DNA from: an uncultured archaeon
GTDB taxonomy: Archaea; Altiarchaeota; Altiarchaeia; IMC4; QMZM01
Direction of reading: 5' to 3'
Assembly: GCA_964549685.1 (NCBI GenBank)
Contig: CAZJVE010000002.1
Span: forward strand, 5,246-69,245
DNA length: 64,000 nucleotides
Shown in pieces: positions 16,301 to 24,593 of the stretch. Position numbers and translations under genes: made by a program. Below the pieces are notes generated by a model, which worked only from the letters and a program-made list of their open reading frames with translations, was not told the origin of the DNA and ran no database searches. Positions within the stretch are counted from its first letter, which is position 1. Each line of letters begins with the position of its first letter.

Positions 16301-18379
16301 GGTTTTCACCTCAACCTGTTTTGTGTTCAGGCCGTCAAGCTCGTTCCTCAGGGTGTTCTTCCTGTCACCAAGCCCCGCAAACCTTTCCTTCATCTCCGTC
16401 TCCCTGGAAAGGAAGTCATGCTTCTTCTTTACAACCCCCTCCCTACTCTGCCTAATCTCGGAGAGCACCTTTTCCTTCTGGACCCTTTCCTGCTCGATGC
16501 CCTTCTCCCTGGATTTAAGCTCCTCGACCTGCTGCCCTATCTTCTGCAGCTTATCATCTAGCAAAGAAAACTCCCGATTGACGGACTGGCTCTCCTTATC
16601 AACTCCATCAAGCTCGGACTCCAGGGCAGAGCGGTTCTTCATGAGGTTTGAGAATTCCTTCCTCAGCACCCCTCTCCGGTCACCAAACCCCGCAAGTTTT
16701 TCCTTTATCTCTGTCTCATCGGCAATGAAGTCCTGCTTCTTCTTTATAGTCTCCTCCCTACTATATTCAATCTCGGAGAGCGCCTTTTCCTTCTGGACCC
16801 TTTCCTGCTCGATGCCCTTCTCCCTGGATTTAAGCTCCTCGACCTGCTGCCCTATCTTCTGCAGCTTATCATCTAGCAAAGAAAACTCCCGATTGACGGA
16901 CTGGCTCTCCTTATCAACTCCATCAAGCTCGGACTCCAGGGCAGAGCGGTTCTTCATGAGGTCTGAGAATTCCTTCCTCAGCACCCTCTTCCTGTCACCA
17001 AGCCCCGCAAGCCTTTCCTTTATCTCCGTCTCCCTGGAAAGAAATTCCTGCTTCTTCTTTACAGTCTCCTCCCTGCCCTGCTTAATCTCGGAGAGCGCCT
17101 TTTCCTTCTGGGTTCTTTCCTGTGTTGTGTTTGCCTCATTCGCCTCAAGCACCTGTATCTCCTTTTTCAGATTGCCTGTTTTTTCTTCCAGCGATGAAAC
17201 CTCCCCCCTGGTTTTTTTGGAGGACTCCTTTATCCTCTTGAGTTGTGATTCTAATTCCGCTATTGACTTATCCTCCTGGGATATCTCCTTCAGCAGCTCG
17301 ACCTCCCTGAATAGTTTAATCTTTCTCTCATGTTCTTCTTTTATTTCCTCAGGGGTCTTTTTTAATTCCTCCGCCTCCCTTTTCCTTTCCTCCTCTTCCT
17401 TACGCTTTATATCCGCTAACTCATCATCCCTCTTTTTTAGCTCCTCCTCTATTTTCTTGAACCTGTCCTCGGTTTCCTTTCTCTTCAGCCCCTCCTCCTC
17501 TCTAATCCTCTTCAGCTCCGCCTCCCTTTTCCTTGCCTCTTCCTCTAACTTTTTCCTCCTAAGCCCCTCCTCCTCTCTAATCCTCTTCAACTCCTCCTCT
17601 TTTTCCCTTGCCTCTTCCTCTAACTTTTTCCTCCTAAGCTCCTCTTCCTCTCTGATTCGCTTCAACTCCTGCTCCTTCTTCCTCACTTCCTCCTCAGCCT
17701 TCCTCTTTGCTTCGCCCTCTAATTTTTTCCTCCTCAACTCTTCCTCCCTTCTCCTCAGCTCCGATTCCCTTCTCCTCAACTCTCCATCTGCCTTCTCTCT
17801 GGCCAGTCCATCGTCCCTTTTTATCTTGTCCAGCTCCTCACCCTTTTCCTTCAGAACAGCCCCGACGGGTTCCTCCTTCAATTCGCCCCCCTTCAGCCTC
17901 TCTTCTACCCTGGCCTTCTGGCGTCTCTCCTCCTCTGCCTTTTTGAGCGCCTCCAGCTGCTTCTTTCTCGTCTCATCAACCGGATATTTATGTGTCGGCG
18001 CAACCTGCGTGGTTTCTATAACCCCTTCGCGTCTTTTCTTGGCAATCTTCTTCTTCATGACGCCCAGAAGCCTATCCACTCTCTCGGCCTCCTCAACCTC
18101 CTCGGCCGTTTTCTTCTTCAGGGTTTCATCCACGTGCTTGATAGCCTGTTCCGGAGAAATAGCCTCCCTCAGCTTCTTACCCTTCTTGAGAATCTTATCC
18201 CCTACAATGGAGTAGTGAATCTCTATAATCTCGTGTTCCACCAGAATCTTTGCCAGTTCTTCAGTAGTCTTTTCATCCAACCCAAGAATCTTTCCAGCAT
18301 CAGCTAACTTAATCTCTCCCCTTTTGCTCACAAGCGCTACAAGCTTGTCAAGACCGGTCTTTATCTTACTCTTTGGCAT
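13364..18379 (-). CDS. giant (1671 aa) helical-repeat protein: N-terminal winged-helix-like domain, E/R/K-rich 25-aa repeats, and about twelve 105-aa repeats
   Basis: A single uninterrupted ORF. The 105-aa units are punctuated by REKGIEQE(K/R)V. It overlaps purC upstream by 14 nt and the TIGR00725 gene downstream by 29 nt. The long antisense ORFs are low-complexity shadows of this gene. Confidence 0.85.
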   Translation of the reverse strand: MPKSKIKTGLDKLVALVSKRGEIKLADAGKILGLDEKTTEELAKILVEHEIIEIHYSIVGDKILKKGKKLREAISPEQAIKHVDETLKKKTAEEVEEAERVDRLLGVMKKKIAKKRREGVIETTQVAPTHKYPVDETRKKQLEALKKAEEERRQKARVEERLKGGELKEEPVGAVLKEKGEELDKIKRDDGLAREKADGELRRRESELRRREEELRRKKLEGEAKRKAEEEVRKKEQELKRIREEEELRRKKLEEEAREKEEELKRIREEEGLRRKKLEEEARKREAELKRIREEEGLKRKETEDRFKKIEEELKKRDDELADIKRKEEEERKREAEELKKTPEEIKEEHERKIKLFREVELLKEISQEDKSIAELESQLKRIKESSKKTRGEVSSLEEKTGNLKKEIQVLEANEANTTQERTQKEKALSEIKQGREETVKKKQEFLSRETEIKERLAGLGDRKRVLRKEFSDLMKNRSALESELDGVDKESQSVNREFSLLDDKLQKIGQQVEELKSREKGIEQERVQKEKALSEIEYSREETIKKKQDFIADETEIKEKLAGFGDRRGVLRKEFSNLMKNRSALESELDGVDKESQSVNREFSLLDDKLQKIGQQVEELKSREKGIEQERVQKEKVLSEIRQSREGVVKKKHDFLSRETEMKERFAGLGDRKNTLRNELDGLNTKQVEVKTGLSKIEKELKGIQDKVSSLEKEVEEVNEKIRGLESREEGIEQEKVNKENEIAGVRGQKAKILSNRGALQKRKSEIEEDMKGLETNKKGLLMRNKTVSEEISNIESELNGVDEEIRSLNQEFSSLNEEIEELGQQIDRLDIKGESIDRDRVRRETELSEIKQRKAEIVSKREEATALMQGIKERLGVLADKRRDIKAGFAELKKKRSVLESELKNADGNIRSINQEFSNLGVRLQEMEQQIVELDAREKGIEQEKVQRENEIAGVREQKAKILSERDALLERKSEIEEDIRELEVKKTGLNEKIKGVGGEETALEEEAEKKAIVAKEQVFVEALEKIEKKLKANEDGLHPLEDNINGLEQQIVELENTEKGIEQEKVNKENEIGEIKLSKEKIEKEKQEFLSRETEIKERLAGLGDRKKVLKKEFAGLMKSRSELGSELEGIENSIQSVDKEFSALDTRLQEIGQQVLELSSNEKSIEGEKFRAEKSLSDIKEKRENVLKRKSEATGMRLNINKKLGELEDKKGTIKAGFTDLMKSCSVMESELEKVDEAIQSVNQDSSALDVRLQEMEQQIVELDAREKGIEQEKVQRENEIAGVREQKADIMTEKSVLVGRKSDVEGEMQRLEAKKNSTSAEEKTVSEEISRLETEIRALETESVAMKHELPALAKKIRVAVQDIKNLDSRRDSIGQERDKSEGEFGAVQAQRTEVQKVRIGFLEKQAKIKSMLEIMTKKKAELSKPIEEMMKTGPALEKEMKDMDDKSQAMERELSALKEKVGGIRNSINELNVKEKDVEREKVSKSQELKSIQAQRTTIKHKRAEILERQARLKSRQEIMTRKKTELSKSIEEMMKTGPALEKEMTGIDNRIEVIVGESEAMNVKFNEISTELRRLEGELNKVRTSRGVSVRALEESEARLHEKKSKLMDEDNKLKRKLDEINLKRKSLADKIASMMRQGFSLESILEEKLSSMEGYDEADSSGG
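16454..16670 (-). repeat. in-frame coding repeat, copy A (one 105-aa unit)
   Basis: About 217 nt matching 16769..16985 with only 2 mismatches. The offset is exactly 315 nt, or 105 codons. Confidence 0.9.
16769..16985 (-). repeat. in-frame coding repeat, copy B
   Basis: See copy A. A second near-identical pair (~117 nt, 3 mismatches) lies at 14501..14617 and 15494..15610, offset 993 nt, which is a 3-unit super-repeat. Confidence 0.9.
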
Positions 18380-19274
18380 CTTTTAGATCATTCCCGGTTA
18401 TCAGCCTATAGACCTCCAGGTACTTGTCCCTGGTCTTCATCACGATATCCTCGGGAAGTTCCGGTGCAGGGGGCTCCTTGTCCCAGTTGATTCCAAGGAG
18501 ATAGTCCCTCACGAACTGCTTGTCAAAGCTCTTCTGTGCTCTCCCTGGGCAATAATCGTCCATGGGCCAAAACCTCGACGAATCAGGGGTTAGAATCTCG
18601 TCAATCAGGATTAATTCCCCGTTCAGCAGACCGAATTCGAATTTCGTATCCGCTATCATAACTCCTTTTGATTCCGCATAGGTCGTTGCCTGACTGTAAA
18701 TCCCAAGAGTCGTCTTCCTGAGCCTGCCTCCTAGCTCATTCCCGATAATCTCATTCATCCTCTCCTCGCTGATGTTCTCATCATGGCCTGAAGATGCCTT
18801 TATTGCGGGAGTGAATATGGGTTCCGGCAGCTTTTCAGACTCGGTCAGCCCGGAGGGCAGCTCTATGCCACAAACGCTGCCCGTTTTCTGATACTCGGCC
18901 CACGCCGAACCGGAGAGATAGCCCCTGGCAACGCATTCTATGTCTATCCTCTCCGCCTTCTTAACCAGCATGCTCCTGCCCTCGAGAATTCCTTTGCTAT
19001 CTTCTGAAACGCTGGGGAATTCATCGACATCGGCACTAATGAGATGGTTACCTACAAAGCCCTTCGTATAATCGAACCAGAAAACGGACAATGCCGTAAG
19101 AACCGCCCCCTTCATCGGGATTCCCGTCGGCAAAACAGAATCAAAGGCAGAAATCCTATCAGTAGCAATAATCAGCAGTTTGTCCCCTAGGTCATAGATA
19201 TCCCTAACCTTGCCCCTCTGGGAGAGCTTCAGCTCCTGAATCTCGGTGTTGAGAATGATACCATCCATCATCAA
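18366..19274 (-). CDS. purC: phosphoribosylaminoimidazole-succinocarboxamide (SAICAR) synthase
   Basis: 302 aa. Contains GKVRDIYD, ATDRISAFD and ADTKFEFG. Confidence 0.95.
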   Translation of the reverse strand: MMMDGIILNTEIQELKLSQRGKVRDIYDLGDKLLIIATDRISAFDSVLPTGIPMKGAVLTALSVFWFDYTKGFVGNHLISADVDEFPSVSEDSKGILEGRSMLVKKAERIDIECVARGYLSGSAWAEYQKTGSVCGIELPSGLTESEKLPEPIFTPAIKASSGHDENISEERMNEIIGNELGGRLRKTTLGIYSQATTYAESKGVMIADTKFEFGLLNGELILIDEILTPDSSRFWPMDDYCPGRAQKSFDKQFVRDYLLGINWDKEPPAPELPEDIVMKTRDKYLEVYRLITGNDLKDAKE

Positions 19275-19329
19275 TAATGATTTAGTGTAAACTACTATAT
19301 CTCTATACTCTTGCCCCCCTGATAAACTC

Positions 19330-20613
19330 CTATACCTCTATATCCGCGCCGTTCGTAAGGACGTGGAGATTCTTGTTAATCTTATAGCCCTCCTCCACCG
19401 CGAGCTCTGCGTAACTGCTGCGCATGTCCATGTCCCCGTGGCATGGAATGATGTGCTCCGGTTTCAATAACTCCAGCATCCTCCTGTGGTCCTCCCTTGC
19501 AGCATGGCCGGAGACATGAACGTTGTCGAATATGCTGACGCCCTGGGACTTCAGCTTAGTCTCCAGGACGTACCTGCTGGCCGCGTTCAGCGGCCCCGGT
19601 ATCGTCCTCGCGCAGAAGATAACCGAATCGTTATGCTCAAACCGAAATGGGAATTTGCCGTCGACCATCCTCGACAGTATTGACCTGTCCTCTCCCTGAT
19701 GTCCCGTAACGATGAGGAGATAGTCCTCCTTATTGTTCCCTATATCGCTAAGGAACCCTGCTATCGCCTTTGCCTTCGAGAACACGTTGGTGCCCTGTGG
19801 TAAATCCAGGATGTCGAATTTCTGCGCCAGCTTGGACTGCTTCCCCAAAGAACGGCCAAGAATGACGGGAGTTCTCCCGCTCTTCTCCGCCTGGTCGACT
19901 ATGGACTGAACCCTTTCGATATGGGTCGAGAACGTCGTAGTCACAATCAAACCCTTGTCGATAAACTCCAGCACGTCCTTCAGCATCGTCCTTACGACAT
20001 CCTCAGAAGGGGTCTTGCCCTCCTTTCTGACTCTGGTGGATTCCACTATCAATGCCTTTACGTTGCCGTTGCCAAGCTCTCTGAGCCGCTTGTAGTTCGT
20101 CCTCGCCAGCTGCGAATGGTCGTCAAATCTGAAATCCCCCGTATAGACAACATCCCCCTCCTTGGTATGCAGAACAACAACCGACGCATAGGGAATGGAG
20201 TGCGTAATCTCCACCAATTCTACCGTGATATCGTTCGACACCTCGTAGTCCTGCCCGTATTCGATGCCGTAGAAATCCCCCTGCTTGTACTCGGACCTTG
20301 CCATTTCCGTTACATAGGGGGTTGCAACTATCGGAACCCTCGGCTTATTCATGGGCAGTGCCCCGATATGGTCAAGATGCCCGTGGGAGAGAACCTGACA
20401 AGCCACGTTCTTCAGCCTGTCGGCATCCGGAATTATATCCATCCTCACAAGCTCTTCTTCGCTGCATCTTCTCACCATGTCAGAATCATCGTCATAAATC
20501 TGCAGCGTATCCAGCCGTATGCCGTTGTCTATGGCAATGGTCTTCTTATCCAGCGAAACCCCTGTCATGTTCCGTCCAACGGCCTTGTAGCCTCCCACGG
20601 CGGTAATCTTCAT
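19330..20613 (-). CDS. rnj: archaeal RNase J (metallo-beta-lactamase/beta-CASP)
   Basis: Carries the HGHLDHIG motif, is ~430 aa as typical for archaeal RNase J, and has C-terminal beta-CASP motifs (SGHA...). Confidence 0.9.
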   Translation of the reverse strand: MKITAVGGYKAVGRNMTGVSLDKKTIAIDNGIRLDTLQIYDDDSDMVRRCSEEELVRMDIIPDADRLKNVACQVLSHGHLDHIGALPMNKPRVPIVATPYVTEMARSEYKQGDFYGIEYGQDYEVSNDITVELVEITHSIPYASVVVLHTKEGDVVYTGDFRFDDHSQLARTNYKRLRELGNGNVKALIVESTRVRKEGKTPSEDVVRTMLKDVLEFIDKGLIVTTTFSTHIERVQSIVDQAEKSGRTPVILGRSLGKQSKLAQKFDILDLPQGTNVFSKAKAIAGFLSDIGNNKEDYLLIVTGHQGEDRSILSRMVDGKFPFRFEHNDSVIFCARTIPGPLNAASRYVLETKLKSQGVSIFDNVHVSGHAAREDHRRMLELLKPEHIIPCHGDMDMRSSYAELAVEEGYKINKNLHVLTNGADIEV

Positions 20614-20668
20614 TTCACTTCCCCCTCTTGTTTTTTGTTATTTAGTTTAAAGTAGAATAAATACGTAA

Positions 20669-21832
20669 ATGGAGGACAGGACCGACCCCATCTGTGGCAT
20701 GCAGGGCACCATAGAGAAACACGGCCACTGGTTCTGCAGCCAGATTTGCATTGAAAAGTGGGAAAAGGAGCAGGGAATCGAGCCAGAGAAGGAAGATAAG
20801 GAATTTTGTCCTAGCTGTGAAATTAAAGCCACCCCCTGGTACAAAGAAAAACTTTATGTTTTCTCCGGAATCTTCGTTCTGCTGCTCATCATCAGCGCCA
20901 ACGTAGACTTCCTCAACCCTCTATTCAGCGCCATGGCCGATTACATGGCCCTGATATGGTGGGCCATCCTGCTCGGTCTTCTCATTGGCGGCGTTATAGA
21001 CTACTACGTCCCTCGCAGCTACATTTCCCGGTACCTCTCAAGGCCGGCGAAGCGGACAATCCTCTATTCCGTAATCTTCGGCTTCCTGATGAGCGCATGC
21101 TCCCACGGAATCCTGGCCATAGCAATCCAGCTCTACAAGAAGGGCGCGTCCATTCCGGCAGTCATCGCCTTCCTGCTCGCCTCTCCATGGGCCAACCTCC
21201 CCGTAACGTTCCTGCTCTTCGGCTTCTTCGGGGTCAACAGGGCCCTAATGCTCGTCATCTCAGCAATAGCAATCGCCATAATAACCGGCTTCGTCTACCA
21301 GTTCCTCGACAACAGAAACATGATAGAGAAGAACATGAACTCCGAAAAGATAGATGAAGAATTCTCCATCCTCGACGACGTGGCAAAGAGAATGAGCGGC
21401 TACGAATTCACAAAGAGCAACATTAGCAGCGCCCTTGCAGGAATCCTCTCCGGCTCATTCGCACTGGCAAAGATGGTCCTCTGGTGGATTCTCATCGGCA
21501 TGATTCTCGCCTCCATTGCAAGGGCATTCGTTCCTACTCACCTTTTCATGACCTACATGGGCCCCACCATCCTGGGGCTTGGAGTAACTCTCTTCTTCGC
21601 AACAATCATAGAAATCTGCTCTGAAGGCTCTTCGCCCCTTGCATTCGAAATCTTCCAGCAGACCGGGGCATTCGGGAACAGCTTCACCTTTCTCATGGCG
21701 GGAGTTGCAACGGACTACACCGAGGTCGGCCTGCTCTGGAGCAACATCGGGAAGAAGACGGCCATCATGCTGCCCCTGATAACGGTGCCCCAGATACTGG
21801 TGCTGGGGTATCTCTTCAACACAATTATTTAA
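20669..21832 (+). CDS. predicted permease (ArsP/DUF318-type) with N-terminal YHS/TRASH-like Cys motif
   Basis: The N-terminus DPICGMQGTIEKHGHWFCSQIC is YHS-like metal binding. It is followed by ~9 TM helices of the permease family. Confidence 0.75.
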   Translation: MEDRTDPICGMQGTIEKHGHWFCSQICIEKWEKEQGIEPEKEDKEFCPSCEIKATPWYKEKLYVFSGIFVLLLIISANVDFLNPLFSAMADYMALIWWAILLGLLIGGVIDYYVPRSYISRYLSRPAKRTILYSVIFGFLMSACSHGILAIAIQLYKKGASIPAVIAFLLASPWANLPVTFLLFGFFGVNRALMLVISAIAIAIITGFVYQFLDNRNMIEKNMNSEKIDEEFSILDDVAKRMSGYEFTKSNISSALAGILSGSFALAKMVLWWILIGMILASIARAFVPTHLFMTYMGPTILGLGVTLFFATIIEICSEGSSPLAFEIFQQTGAFGNSFTFLMAGVATDYTEVGLLWSNIGKKTAIMLPLITVPQILVLGYLFNTII

Positions 21833-21904
21833 GCAAAGCGACAACTATTTAAGCAACAAATGTCAAAGATAAAGTAGACAATATCGGGTGGCCTAACAAT
21901 TAAC

Positions 21905-22342
21905 ATGAACAAAAAAGCTCTTTTCTATATCTCGGGCAAGAACGTGCAGCATGTGGGCTGCAGGCTTAAAGTCACCTCGAAATTAATCCACGATGGGTTC
22001 AAGAAGGGAGGGGCATTTAACATGCCTGACGGCAGAGTGGAGGTTGTTCTTGAGGGCGATGAAGGAGACATAGAAAGAGCGCACAAGGATATATCAGAGA
22101 ACCTGGTTGACTGGCTCATAAATGACGCAGATGATGTTGACAAAGTAGTTGAGAAGATAGGCAACCCCGGCATTAAGGTTTCTGATCTGGAATATAATGA
22201 CGACATTCTTGTTCTTGATATAGGGTTATTCAGCCATTCCCTTACCTTCGACCAGATTTACAAGGGGGTCGATGTGTACAAAGGAGTGAATGAAGCCATC
22301 AAGGATCTAAGAGAAACCCTGAAAGAAATGAGAGAGGAATAA
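21905..22342 (+). CDS. acylphosphatase-like domain protein
   Basis: GKNVQHVGCRLKVTSKLIHDGFKKGGAFNMPDGRVEVVLEG resembles the acylphosphatase V-Q-G-V-G-F-R...DG-VE pattern. A C-terminal extension of unknown function follows. Confidence 0.5.
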   Translation: MNKKALFYISGKNVQHVGCRLKVTSKLIHDGFKKGGAFNMPDGRVEVVLEGDEGDIERAHKDISENLVDWLINDADDVDKVVEKIGNPGIKVSDLEYNDDILVLDIGLFSHSLTFDQIYKGVDVYKGVNEAIKDLRETLKEMREE

Positions 22343-23641
22343 TCACTCCATAACATTCATAACCAATCCCGTTAGGGGCTTCGGGAAGAAATAGGTGGAC
22401 TTCTGCGGCATCCTTGCCCTGGTCTTTGCAACCTCGCTGACCTGGCTCATTTTCGTGGGATTCAGGAACAGGGCAACTTCGTATTCCTTTTCATAGACGG
22501 CCTGTATCGCGGTCTCCCTGCTCTTGATGAACTTGATGCTCTCCTCGTACTTCACGCTGCCGTCGTCCTTTACGCCGAATATCCCGTCTATTATGAGCGA
22601 ATGAAGAATCACGGCATCCAATTCCTTCCATGCCCTTGGATTGCTACCGTCTATCCGGTCTATTATGGAGTCGTCCTTCAGCGTAAGGAGGTAATACTTG
22701 TTGGTTCCGGCATACAGCCCGAACGCACGCCCCTCACTCTTCTCCCACATGTGCTCGAACATCTTTCTTCTCTGGCTCAGTTCATCGCCATCGAACCTGA
22801 ATACCTCCAGGTCGAAGTTCTCCAGCAGGCTGCTTTCAAGCTCCTGCTCATCCATCTTCCGGACGTTCCTCAGCAGCCTGTGCGCCGGCAGGATTGATAT
22901 TCCGCCCTCGTTCATGTCAACGAGGAGCATCATCACGTGCTTGTTCTTTCCGTCTCCCTCTTTGCTGTATTTCAATGCAGTCTCATAGCGGTGATGTCCA
23001 TCAGCAATAAACAGGTCGAGCTCCTTCATCTCGGAAACCATGGCCTCAATTATTTTGTCGTCCTGAACCACCCAGAGGCCGTGGGTGATTCCCTCGTCAT
23101 CGGCAAATCTGAGAACCGGCTCCCTCTTTACCTCCGTCTTCAGGATGGAATTTATCCGGTTGTGCCTGTCGGAATAGACTGAGATGATGGGGCTTATGTT
23201 CGCCCTCACCGCCTTTATCAGCATGAACCGGTCCTCGCTGGGCTTCGGCAGCGTCCTCTCGTGAGGATATATGTGTCCCGACTCCAGGTCCTCAAGCCCA
23301 ACAAGGCAGATGAAGCCCCTCATTATCTTCCTCTCCCCTGTAGGGAGAGAATACTCCTGCTCGTAGATGTAGAGGGAATTTTTTTCATCCCTTTTCAGAA
23401 CCCCTTTACTCATCCATTCGTCAAGGAATTTCTTGGCTCTTGTATATTTGTTATTCTCATCGCTGTCGCCTTCCTCCTCCTTACCCAGCGACAGCTTGAT
23501 TACGTTGTGCTCGGAATTGCTGTAATAGACTTCTCTCTCTTCATCCGAAATAACGTCATATGGCGGGGTCACTACCAGGCTCATATTACCCCTAACATCC
23601 TCGCCGTACCTGACACCCCTGAACGGAATGACTTCGACCAT
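22343..23641 (-). CDS. DUF1015 family protein
   Basis: N-terminus VIPFRGVRYGED...VTPPYDVISDEER. At 432 aa it has the typical family length. Confidence 0.85.
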   Translation of the reverse strand: MVEVIPFRGVRYGEDVRGNMSLVVTPPYDVISDEEREVYYSNSEHNVIKLSLGKEEEGDSDENNKYTRAKKFLDEWMSKGVLKRDEKNSLYIYEQEYSLPTGERKIMRGFICLVGLEDLESGHIYPHERTLPKPSEDRFMLIKAVRANISPIISVYSDRHNRINSILKTEVKREPVLRFADDEGITHGLWVVQDDKIIEAMVSEMKELDLFIADGHHRYETALKYSKEGDGKNKHVMMLLVDMNEGGISILPAHRLLRNVRKMDEQELESSLLENFDLEVFRFDGDELSQRRKMFEHMWEKSEGRAFGLYAGTNKYYLLTLKDDSIIDRIDGSNPRAWKELDAVILHSLIIDGIFGVKDDGSVKYEESIKFIKSRETAIQAVYEKEYEVALFLNPTKMSQVSEVAKTRARMPQKSTYFFPKPLTGLVMNVME

Positions 23642-23676
23642 AACTCAAATAATAGAATGAGGCATTAATAATTGCC

Positions 23677-24060
23677 TCAGGACTTCCACAGCCCATGCAC
23701 GCTGCAGTATTCCCTGGCCGTAACCTGCTCCGCCCTAATCTCGAATTCTGCCTCCGGCTGTTCGCCCGGCTTCAGAAATCTCCTGCACGACTTCCCGTCC
23801 GCTATTACCTCCACCCATTCTATGTAATGGGCGTCCTCCATCGGATGTGCAACTGAGCCGACCTTGACCTTTACTCCAGTCTCTGTCCTCTCTATTACGG
23901 GGACGTGCTTCTCCTTCCCCTCATCATCCGTCTTCTCCTCAAGCAATTGCATCGCCTGCCCGCAGCAGAAAAGCGCCCCGGCTCCGGCATGCAGGACCTC
24001 GACGATATTCGCACACAGGTCGCATTTATAGATTTGTTTTAACTCCGTCATTTTACTCAA
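23677..24060 (-). CDS. dfx: desulfoferrodoxin (2Fe superoxide reductase)
   Basis: An N-terminal desulforedoxin-type domain ([12 protein letters not shown]...CCG) is followed by an SOR domain ([18 protein letters not shown]). Confidence 0.9.
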   Translation of the reverse strand: MSKMTELKQIYKCDLCANIVEVLHAGAGALFCCGQAMQLLEEKTDDEGKEKHVPVIERTETGVKVKVGSVAHPMEDAHYIEWVEVIADGKSCRRFLKPGEQPEAEFEIRAEQVTAREYCSVHGLWKS

Positions 24061-24562
24061 CCCTCCTGAATTGATTCTTCGGAAACCCGCAGACGGGACA
24101 GCCTTCAGGAGCCTCGCCCTCGGCTATGTAGCCGCAGTTCTCACAGAGATTATACTCGGCCGCCTTCAAATCATCTCCCGCATCCACCGCATCAAGGGCC
24201 CTCTTGTAAATCTCCGCATGAATCTTCTCCACATCATTGGCCCACCTGAAACTATCCACGGCCTCTGTATTATTCTCGCCCCTTGCCTCCTCTATAAAGC
24301 CCGGATACATCTCGGTAAACTCGTAGGTTTCTCCCTTGATTGCATCGCTAAGATTCCTCTTCGTATCCCCGACGCCAAGAATCTTCAGATGGTTCAGCGC
24401 ATGGATTGTTTCTGACTCTGCCGCTGCCTTGAAAAGCTTCGCGACCTGCTCGAAGCCCTCCTCTTTGGCCTTCTTAGAAAAAGCAAGGTACTTCCTGTTC
24501 GCCTGGCTCTCGCCCGCAAAGGCATCCTTAAGATTGGATTCAGTAGACATTTTATTCACCAC
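24053..24562 (-). CDS. rbr: rubrerythrin
   Basis: Has the ferritin-like diiron motifs [12 protein letters not shown] and ESETIHA plus a C-terminal rubredoxin-type CENCGY...CPVCG. The likely true start is the ATG at 24550 (MSTESNLK). Confidence 0.92.
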   Translation of the reverse strand: MVNKMSTESNLKDAFAGESQANRKYLAFSKKAKEEGFEQVAKLFKAAAESETIHALNHLKILGVGDTKRNLSDAIKGETYEFTEMYPGFIEEARGENNTEAVDSFRWANDVEKIHAEIYKRALDAVDAGDDLKAAEYNLCENCGYIAEGEAPEGCPVCGFPKNQFRRVE

Positions 24563-24577
24563 TATACCTTAGGTATA
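24563..24577. promoter_or_regulatory. perfect 7-1-7 palindrome TATACCT-T-AGGTATA between TATA element and rubrerythrin start
   Basis: It lies 13-27 nt upstream of the ATG at 24550. A TTAATATAC TATA-like element at ~24580..24590 is just upstream on the minus strand. That is the classical position of an archaeal repressor site. Confidence 0.3.
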
Positions 24578-24593
24578 CAAAGTATATTAACTA

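Noticed and set aside
14400-17200. Regularly spaced near-identical DNA repeats that could suggest a CRISPR array or satellite.
   Set aside because: The repeats are 315 nt, or multiples of that, apart. They are in frame and part of one long ORF, with no short-repeat/unique-spacer architecture. No cas genes are in the window. The ~40-nt repeats at 27630..27870 are likewise coding (EEPKQE units).
13401-18215. Long plus-strand ORFs (259, 326 and 649 aa, among others) rich in S/L/F, antisense to the giant gene.
   Set aside because: They are low-complexity shadow frames of an E/K/R-rich repeat gene, because GAA/AAG codons read TTC/CTT on the other strand. They have no start context and tile the antisense of one continuous 5-kb ORF.
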